DNA from: Chrysomallon squamiferum
Lineage: Eukaryota > Animalia > Mollusca
Assembly (NCBI GenBank): GCA_012295275.1
Contig: CM022678.1
Span: 10,168,001 to 10,232,000 of the forward strand
Length of the DNA: 64,000 nt
Direction: 5' to 3'
Each line of letters begins with the position of its first letter. The stretch's first letter is position 1. The position numbers were made by a program, and so were the translations under genes. The notes under the pieces were generated by a model. That model did not search any database. It was not told the origin of the DNA and saw only the letters and a list, made by a program, of their open reading frames with translations. Of the stretch, positions 54,913 through 64,000 are shown piece after piece.

Positions 54913-56385
54913 TAAACCAAAACGATATACGAGTACGAACAGTTTTTTAAAATTATAAGCTAACATAATTCAAGTTTAAAGCAGATATATTATTGGGTAC
55001 CATATAGATTATTCATTTATCTAAAGAAAATAGTGTTTTAGATACAGTGTTCTTATCTTCGATCCCGTCTTCGTTAAAGCAAGTATCCAGATTCTGTTTC
55101 TACGTTCATAAAAAGTAATTTTTAAACATTTGACCAACTAAGGCTGTGTTAAATTTTCGGTATGTTAGATGTCTTTGTATTATTGTGAAACGTTTGTTTA
55201 CAATTTCTATACAATGCAATCACAGTTGCTGAATTCATAACGCTGTGTTGCGTTATAGAGTTACCTGCCCTTGCGAAATAATAACTGCTGATCTATCTAG
55301 AGTTACCTACCCTTGCGAAAACTAACTGATAATCTGTCTATAGTTACCTGCCTTTGTGGACTCTATTTATTAATCTATCTAGAGTTACTTACCCGTCTTA
55401 AAACTGTTTATTTAGAGTTGCTTGTCTTGTGAAAAAAAAATTAATTAGAGTTACCTGCCCTCGGAATTTTGCCATTGTAGGAATAAATGCGTTAGGGTAG
55501 ATATTCTTAATATACCAGTCAAAGCTTTTACATTTGAGTCGCTTTCTGAGTTCCAGTCTGTCAGAAATATCTCCATAATCAGGCTGTCAACGGAAAAGTA
55601 TGGTTAGTGTTAGAAGTTAGATTAGATTTTATTTTAAATGAATACTGAAATACAAGAAATATATATATATCGATCTGTAATGAATACGAGGACTATGGTT
55701 ATTTCATGTAGTGAATTGTTTTATATTGGGTTAACATTTATTTATTTATTTATTTATTTATTTATTTTGCCTCTAATTTGGGGTGATTTCTTATAGTTTA
55801 ATTAGATTATTTTTATTATTATTTTTAATTAGAGCTTATTTTGCTTCTTTAAAACTTTATTGTTATTGCTGTTGTTGCTCCTGCTGTTTTTATTATTAAT
55901 ACGAGTAGTAGTAGCGGTAGCACTAGCTGTAGTAGTAGTGGTAGTAGTAGCTGCAGTAGTAGTAGCAGTAATAGTAATAGTAAATGTTATATTAAATATA
56001 GGAATGTTAATATTGGTGTTAATGATGGAATTATCAAGTTGAAAGTGTTTATTAAGAGAGATCAACTAACCTTGTGTTTCAGTGTATCAAGATAAAATTG
56101 TTTATATTCGTCTAACCAAACCATAGCGACTCTGATCGTGTTTTTGTCAACATTGGCAGCAACGACAGAGTAGGGGAATTTGGTTCGATACACATGACCA
56201 ACTAAAGAACATTGTATTATTTCTAAAGTTCCTCCGCACATCCAAATCTGAAACGAAACAAAAGATATTGTTGTCATTCACTGATAAATTGAACATTGTT
56301 TTTCTTTTATCCGATGTATTGAGTGGATGGGTGCGGGCGTTTTTGTAGGTAGATAGATAGAAGATAGACAAACAGGCAGACATAG

Positions 56386-56466
<81 letters not shown>

Positions 56467-56470
56467 GTGA

Positions 56471-56519
<49 letters not shown>

Positions 56520-57042
56520 TGGTTGATAGATAGATATATGCAAAGAAAAATTCAAAAATATATATATATAGATAGATAGATAGACAGACAGACAGATATA
56601 CAAACAGACAGAAGTACAGAAAGATAGACAGACAGATAGATAGACACAGCTATAGAGGTACAGATAGATTAATGAGTGTGTGTGTGTGTGTGTGTATGTA
56701 TTTGAGTGTGTTTGTGTTTGTACACATACATGAGTGGATCAATGACTGGCATAGACAGAAAAACTAACATACAGAAAGGCCAAACAGACACAATAATCTA
56801 TCATCAATATTTAGTATTGCTGAAAACTAAAACCATGCTGTTCGGCCTACAATTGAGATTGTAAAAAATAATTTTAAAAAAAACGTGTAAACTGCAACAG
56901 ATATATAAGCAAACAGATCAGCAGGCAACAAAAACAATTTTAAAATTTCCTCTCACCCGAAATAATATTTCCAAATTTTCCCCTCCCCAGGTATCCATCT
57001 TGTCATCGTAAGTTCCGATGTGTTTGAAATATTCTCTGCTGA

Positions 57043-57045
<3 letters not shown>
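52998..57045 (-). CDS. GALNT: Polypeptide N-acetylgalactosaminyltransferase, C-terminal part (exons ~56957-57045, 56071-56247, 55455-55583, 54603-54707, 53667-53804, 52998-53117)
   Basis: All phase-0 GT-AG joins give an open frame: [28 protein letters not shown]|[32 protein letters not shown]|[30 protein letters not shown]|three ricin-B lectin repeats ending [14 protein letters not shown]. Confidence 0.93.
55256..55461 (-). repeat. Array of six TAGAGTTACCTGCCCT-like units; the last is the real GALNT exon/intron junction
   Basis: Units at 55256, 55298, 55339, 55380, 55413, 55446. Confidence 0.85.
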
Positions 57046-57140
<95 letters not shown>

Positions 57141-57197
57141 CAGATGTACTGAGACAATATGAGACAGATGATTTTTTTGTATATATAAATTATATAT

Positions 57198-57252
<55 letters not shown>

Positions 57253-57307
57253 GTGTGTTATATATGTGCGTGTCTTCATTTATGTGTATATATTTCTACT
57301 GTGTAGG

Positions 57308-57400
<93 letters not shown>

Positions 57401-57414
57401 CTCTGTTACTAAAT

Positions 57415-57553
57415 TTATAATCGTACGACAAGGAAAAAAGCAACACAGAGAAAGAGCCACTTGAAGAATCGACCGCCAAAAAATAATTTCCACCGCCGCA
57501 TTCTTCCACTGACAATTAAGTTAGACGAGAAATAAGATTTTTCCTTTTCCAAC
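57415..57553 (-). pseudogene. GALNT: Probable GALNT first coding exon (type II signal-anchor), prematurely terminated as assembled
   Basis: ATG at 57501: MRRWKLFFGGRFFKWLFLCVAFFLVVRL*; acceptor CAG at 57554-57556; runs into (GA)n. Confidence 0.6.
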
Positions 57554-57634
57554 CTGAACAGTCAGTATAATTATTGTGCAGGTGTCAAGAATATAACGAA
57601 AATCTCTAATATTTTTGCTTATTTTAAATAATTT

Positions 57635-57699
<65 letters not shown>

Positions 57700-57705
<6 letters not shown>

Positions 57706-57900
57706 ACTAAATTTATAATCTCGACAAGGAAAAAGCAGTTTTAAATTTACTTGAAGAATTTACCGCCAAAAATATTTTCCAGGGTTTCTTTGTTGTTGTT
57801 GTTGTTGACGCTGCTAAGATTTTTCCTTTTGCAACCTGAACAGTGGTGCTATTATTTTATTGGTTCTGTCGATGATTTTACGAAAATCTCTAATGTTTTG
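57700..57900. repeat. Degenerate tandem copy of 57402-57620
   Basis: Shared TCTGTTACTAAATTTATAATC, ACTTGAAGAAT, CCGCCAAAAA, AAGATTTTTCCTTTT.CAACCTGAACAG, CGAAAATCTCTAAT. Confidence 0.85.
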
Positions 57901-58518
57901 TTGTTTTAGTTTCTCTCTTTTTGTCGTTTCTTTGTTTCTTTTCTTTTGTTGTTTTTCATTTGTTGTTTCCTATTTGTCTAAACCTTTTATACAAATAGTA
58001 GTAGTAGTAGTAGTAGTAATAATAGAAAGAAGAAGAACAAAAAGAATAAGAATAAAAAGAAACACCGTAGCAGGACTAGTGTATTAGTAGTTGTAATAAT
58101 AAGAAAACAACAATAACATATATATATATATAATGTGAAGAAGAAGACGAAAAAGGAGAAGAAATGGTAGTAGTAATATTGGTATTAGTAGTAGTAATAA
58201 CAAGAGCAACAACAACAATAATAATAACAATAATAATAATAATAATAATAATAATGATAAAACAGTCACGGTTATTAGACGCTATGTCTGTATTTTCACT
58301 GTTTCTTTTTTTTTTTTTTTTTTTTATTCTTACTGCTTTGTATAAATAAATCTGTTTTATAAAATTTCGTTAAAAGTAGAAACGACGATTGTCTTCTCAA
58401 GTCACCACGTATGACTGAAAACCGTCAACACTAAAATGTCTGTTTAAAAGCTGTTTAGTATTCATTAAGCAGTAAGGAAATAAATTAATATATCAAAAAT
58501 ACAAAATATCGTTCTCAC

Positions 58519-58579
58519 CTGTTACGAAAATGTCGTCTTCTCTGACTGCAATGTGTTGATGTGCCATTCACTCAGCAAA

Positions 58580-58618
<39 letters not shown>

Positions 58619-58755
58619 CATAGAAAAGAAAAATAAAGAAAAAGAAATGCCAGCAGATGTCGCTGTAAAAGAAAAAAGAGTTTATCGATAAATGTTTTTT
58701 TATAAAACAGTTTAATCGTATAGCAAGCTGTTTCATGGATCGGTCCAATCAATTT
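58519..58755 (-). promoter_or_regulatory. Putative GALNT non-coding first exon and promoter
   Basis: Minus-strand donor CAG|GTGAG at 58519; upstream CCAGCAGATGTCGC (CTCF-like), TATCGATA (DRE) and CCAAT. Confidence 0.4.
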
Positions 58756-58857
58756 GTTTAACGCTAAACGTTAATAAAATTCATTTATTCTCGTTATTCT
58801 TTCTCTCTCTCTCGGTTTGTCTGTTTGTCTGACAGTCTATGAACGTATGTATTTTAG

Positions 58858-59860
58858 GATTTGAATATTCTCAGTCCGAAATAGGTCTGAATAAACTCTG
58901 CACATTAAACAAATATTCTGGAACGAACCAAGTAAAGGAGGATAAAGATGCCGCTGACGAGACTCGAACCCATTTGTCCACAGTCCGTCCGGTCATCCAG
59001 ACAACTTTAAGAAAAAGGTTTCCAAGTAACCGAGGGTAATAATATATGTGTGTGTGTGTATAGTTATGTAGTTATGTAGGTAGGTAGGTAGGTAGGTATT
59101 TATATATGTATGTATGTAAGGTATGTATCAATCTTTTGCATTGTCAGTAGACTTGAACCAGACTTTTACATTGTCTGGTATATTTGAATCAGGTTTTATA
59201 TTGCCTTAAGACTTGAATCAGTTTTTTACATTAGCTGTAAAATTGAACCAGGTTTTACTTTGTCGGTATATTTTTGACATTGTCTGTAGACAAGAACCAT
59301 ACTTCTACGTTGTCTGTAGACTTCAACAAGATTTTACATTGTCTGTAGACGAATCAGACTTTTGGCTTTGTCTTTGTAGACTTGAACCGCGCTTATAGCA
59401 CTTTCTGTAGACTAGAACTAGACTTTTACATTGTACGTAGACCGGCAGATAGGCAGTCAGGCAGGGAGATAGATTTTAAAACAGAAATTACATAACTACT
59501 TGTCAGGAATATCTGTCATTCCTGTCCGCTTGATCTGGAAATAAATCGAGTGCCAAAAACAACAGTGCACGTAATTTTCATTTCTGACATAGTAAATGCC
59601 ATAAAAAGTAATCGCGTCTCATTTCAGTTCCAGTTATTCATATATCTGTCAATATGTCTGTCTGTCCCTGTCAACTCCGTATGCGATCTGTGACAAGCTT
59701 CCACTTGAACCTTCAAGTGTGAATATTCCCGGTCTGACGCTGCACATAGACATAATTCGTGAACGCGCTGGCGCAGAAGAACAAAGTCCAATCATGACGT
59801 CACAAGCCCCGTCAGATGTCGCTGACGACACTAGAAGACTGACGACATTTCCTTACGTTT
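58858..59860 (+). other. Two open plus-strand exon-like segments (58858-59035, ~59628-59860), product unknown
   Basis: AG/GT-bounded, CpG-retaining, stop-free in one frame (GFEYSQSEIG..PSNR; SYSYICQ..LTTFPYV). Confidence 0.35.
59133..59443. repeat. Diverged ~30-bp tandem repeat, ~10 copies
   Basis: GTAGACTTGAACCAGACTTTTACATTGTCT-like units. Confidence 0.85.
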
Positions 59861-59884
59861 GTAAGTATGTGTAGTATGAATACA

Positions 59885-59952
59885 TGTGTGTATATATATA
59901 TATAAACATACATATAATATATATATATACATACACAACTATATATACATAT

Positions 59953-59986
<34 letters not shown>

Positions 59987-60880
59987 GAGTAAGTGTGTGT
60001 GTCTCTTTTGGTCTGTGTGGGTTTCTCTATTTGCGTATATATGCTTGTGTGTCTGTGTTTGTGTGTATGGATGTGACTGGGTTTGTCTCTGTCGATGTGT
60101 GTTTGTCTGTGTGTCTGTGTCTCGATATATGTATGTGCCTCTCTGTCTCTAACTCTTTGTGTCTGTATATCCCTGTCTATGTGTATGTGTGTATATATGA
60201 GTATGTGTGTTTGTGTGTTTGTGTTTCTGTGCCTGTGTGTTTGTGACTGTCTATGTTTTTGTGTGTGTTTTTGTGTATATCTGTGTTTCAGTCTGTGTGT
60301 TTGTGTTTCTATGTCTGTGTCTGGGTGTTTGTGTTTCTATGTCTGTGTCTGTGTGTTTGTCTGTGTCTGTATCTGTTTATGTCTGTGTATCTGTGTCTCT
60401 CTATATATATATGTCTGAGTTTGTGTGTGTGTGTGTGACGAGATGTATGTGCGTGTATATCTGGGTATGTGTCTATTGTCTATTTCTATGTCTGTCTGTG
60501 TCCATGTGTTTGTGTGTGTGTGTCTGTGTTTGTTTGTTGTGTGTTTTGTGCGTCTGTGCCTTCGAGTGAGCATCTCTGTGTGTCTGTGTGCATTTTTGGA
60601 TGTGTTTGTGTTTGTGTGTGCCTGTGTGTGTTTCTGTGTATGTGTCCATGTTTATTTGTGTGTCTCTGTGTTATTTTGTGAGTGTGTCTGTGTTATTTTG
60701 TGAGTGTGTCTGCGTTTGTCTGTATCAGTGTTTGTCTCTGTATGTCTCTGTGTTTGTTTGTGTCTGTATGTTTTGTTGTGTGTTTTGTGTGTGTGTTTGT
60801 TTGTGTGTCTGTGTAGGTGTGTGTCTTTGTATGTGTGATTCTGTGTGTGTTTGTGTCTGTGTCTCTGTGTATGTGTGTTA
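59885..60880. repeat. Degenerate (GT)n/(AT)n low-complexity tract
   Basis: GTGTGTTTGT/GTGTCTGT-type repeats. Confidence 0.9.
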
Positions 60881-61589
60881 GCAAGATGGTGTTGCCCTGT
60901 TAACATCCTAATCAATATTCATATACAAAAAAAAATAAAAAAAAATAAAAAAATATTTTTGACTTTTCACAATGAACTTCGAAATTGAAAAATAACAAGC
61001 GGTGTATAGGTGAGTTTTATTTTGTTTTCCTGATCATGATAAATTTTTATTCTTTAGGTTTTTCAAACGTAAAAAGAATTTAACACGTTCTTAATGTAAT
61101 TATCTTTAATTTTAATTTAAAACATTCGTAGAAATGTTTCGTTTTTAGAGATACCTCTTTAGCTAATCGTCTTTGTTTTCTTTTTCTTTTAAAAACATGT
61201 TTACAACAGAAGAACAAAGTGTTTAAAACTTTATTGCTGACATCATTAAGTGTTTAACATAACGAAAGTTTTAGGTGGGCTGGTAAAAATGTTTCTGTTT
61301 TTATTAATCCTATTGTTATATTGTCACATATATGTAAATATAAAATTTATTTTTACGTAAATATTTATGGATAAGCAGGCTGTTTCACTAATCTATATAT
61401 AAATATAAGAAAAATAAAATTTTAAAAGTTTGATTATTTTCTTCATCTTTTTTCTTATTGTAACGAGTCACAGAAAACATTTATTTTATATGAGGAATGT
61501 CACGTGTACCTTTAAATTCTACAAAATTCAAATCATCACCTATCTCGTTTTTCACGTTCGTTTTTATATCATTATTATGATCATTATCA

Positions 61590-61640
<51 letters not shown>

Positions 61641-62591
61641 TTTTTCACATGAATTCGTCCAAGAGAAAAGCGATAGAAAAAATTTTGCAACAATTTTAAA
61701 ACAGTTTTTTGTCTTTCTTTTTTCGGGAATACAGTTCAATATTTTCAAAGGTTCAAAGTCCGACAAAAGATATTTCTGATTGCTTGCATATTTTTATTTG
61801 CAGTTTCTTCTTAAAAGCCGCAATGACATTTTAAGTCATTTAATTTTTTTTTTTTTTTTTTAAAAACAATTTTTTAAAATTTCTGTTAAGTTATATTGAA
61901 AGAACTGCTTTCTGAATATAAACATTTTATACTTACCTATGATTTAAATTAAATGTATCACTTTTAGACTTTATCGTCTGCAGAAATAAAGCGTGAAAAA
62001 GTCCTAAAATGAAGTTCAAGATAGTACTGTGGATAATTTTCACCTACTTGATAATGGAATTTGTTCCTTATTTAAAAGAGTAAGTGAGTAAAACGTACAA
62101 ATACGTCCTACAGCTGAATAGCATTCCTGTGCCAAAGGGTGGAACTCTGCCACAATCAAACTGTGTACCCAGTGCCACAGGTTGGGGTGGGGTGGGGTGT
62201 GTCTTAGTCAAACTTTATGACCAATATGCCAGACCGTGAGGACTGCTACTGTTAAGCCACTACGTTGTTGGAGCATGGGTAATTCTAGGCAACCTTCCAT
62301 CAGATCTGTTCAGAACCTCTTATGAAGACAGTAAACGTTTGAATGCAAACAGCTATGTTAATTATCTGTTGATCGAAATACCCTATAAATTACTGTATAT
62401 TTGCTAAAGAAAACACCTAATCAGTCTATGTCCTGAAAAGTGATCATGATGTAATAATGATGATGATGATGAACATCATGGTGATAGTTATAATAATAAT
62501 GAAAATAATGTTATTTTTGTAATGATGATAATATTAATCATCGAGAAACAATAACGATGATATTAATATCAACATTGTGGCTATATTCCTT

Positions 62592-62622
<31 letters not shown>

Positions 62623-62639
62623 GCTGCTTATTTTTCTTC

Positions 62640-62681
62640 TTCTTCTTCTTCTTATGATTATTATTATTACTACTACTACTA

Positions 62682-62722
<41 letters not shown>

Positions 62723-62983
62723 CTGCTGCTGCTGAAACAATTACTATTGTTGTTGTTGTTTTATTTGTTACTATTATCGTTGTAACGGTTTTATTTGTAA
62801 TTTTTTTTTTTTTTTTTTTTTTTTAAACAGATTAGTAATTTATGGAAACCGGTAATTACTATATTTAACACAAATTTGAATAAACGTATGAACACATCAT
62901 ATATATATATACATTTATTGATTTGTGATTTATTGATTATATAATATGCATGTATGTATGTGTGTGTGTGTATATATATATAT

Positions 62984-63026
<43 letters not shown>

Positions 63027-63139
63027 CATACATACATACATACATACACATACATACACACATACACACATACATAAACTACAGCGATAAACAATAGTGT
63101 GGTGTGTGTATATATGTATGTCTGTGTTCGTTATTATTA

Positions 63140-63194
<55 letters not shown>

Positions 63195-63415
63195 GTTATT
63201 GTTGTTATTATTATTATTATTATCATGATCATGATGATGATCATTATTATTACTACTACTGCTGCTGCTGTAACTATTACTATTGTTGTTTATTTATTAT
63301 CGTTGTTACGGTTTTATTTGTGTTCTTGCTTTAAATCTTTTTATTATTATTATTCTTAAAACAGGTTAGTAAATTATGGAGAACGGTAATTACTATTTTT
63401 AACACATTTTTAATA
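62640..63415. repeat. Local tandem duplication (~62640-62880 and ~63180-63415)
   Basis: Both carry CTGCTGCTG..ATTACTATTGTTG..TTATCGTTGT.ACGGTTTTATTTGT and AAACAG.TTAGTAA.TTATGGA..CGGTAATTACTAT.TTTAACACA. Confidence 0.8.
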
Positions 63416-63457
63416 CTGCATATACGTCAAACACACACACACACACGCACACACAGA

Positions 63458-64000
63458 AAACAGGCGATCTAGCAGCAAGGTGACTTTTTTCTCGATGTCC
63501 TGCACATATTTAAACTGTAAAAATAACCTCAAAACATTCTTAATTCTGTTACTTATTAAGTAATCACTGGAATAACTCATCACGTCATTGTAAGTTACTA
63601 CGTCGCCATTTACAACAAACTGGGACGGCATAGTAACTTACAATGACGTGATCGACGGGCGATTACAACGCCATGACAACATCGTCACAAACAAAATCCA
63701 GCTGACTGAACAGCATCTGCGATCTAAAGGAGATGCCGTCCACGTTGTGTCATTACCATAAGACGCCGTTGATGTGTAACACGACTGATCGTTCGATGTC
63801 CGTAGACTGACTGATCCAGTTCTCATTCGGCATCAGAGAAATTTTCGTTTAAATGGAAAAACACGTCATGAATCTGGAAAAATATATGACTGTGGAAAGT
63901 ATTTCGTCTTCATGAAAAACGTTAGCACTTTCATCCTAGAAAAGCTTAAGGACGACTATGTCACCGGCGTTGCTGTGAACAACAGCGTTGTCGTTGAGAA
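63458..64000 (+). other. CpG-retaining degenerate coding-like segment running off the window end
   Basis: MSCTYLNCKNNLKTFLILLLIK* followed by long open stretches (..SGKIYDCGKYFVFMKNVSTFILEKLKDDYVTG..) broken by stops; possibly the start of a type II membrane protein; family not established. Confidence 0.3.

Noticed and set aside
54708-55454. Recently inserted introner-type intron supplying the GALNT donor
   Set aside because: A phase-0 intron between catalytic and lectin domains is, as I recall, a common GALNT intron position, and no matching structure is seen at the acceptor end.
62080-62340. GC-richer patch as SINE or tRNA
   Set aside because: No recognisable A/B boxes or cloverleaf.
50423-63359. 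Poly-Leu, poly-Tyr/Ile, LSLSLS, ERERER and CVCVCV ORFs
   Set aside because: Translations of (TAC)n, (ATT)n, (CT)n, (GA)n and (GT)n microsatellites.

Overview
AT-rich, microsatellite-dense animal genomic DNA with spliceosomal GT-AG exons (an invertebrate, possibly a mollusc; this is inference). I found no prokaryotic genes, RNA genes or CRISPR arrays, and most ORF-track ORFs are translations of simple repeats. Positions ~1-51,700 form a CpG-poor mosaic of unprocessed (intron-retaining) pseudogene blocks from several unrelated genes: CAMSAP/Patronin, an LRRC41-like/RI-type LRR gene (partly in two copies), a calcium-binding EGF exon and unidentified genes. These are interleaved with a split L1/Tx1 LINE, a Sola-like DNA transposase remnant and a decayed Ty3/Gypsy element. 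A short shared anchor sequence recurs at ~1.6, ~25.7 and ~51.6 kb, and paralogous blocks occur in both ~25-kb intervals, suggesting a scrambled ~25-kb duplication unit. Positions ~52-64 kb retain more CpG and hold a minus-strand GALNT gene. Its last six exons splice in frame, but the N-terminal half of the catalytic domain is missing between (CT)n tracts, and one of its splice donors is repeated as a tandem array in the intron. All protein assignments come from manual translation and recalled family motifs, not database searches. I found no convincing self-contained new biological system; the best candidates are ranked in the findings.
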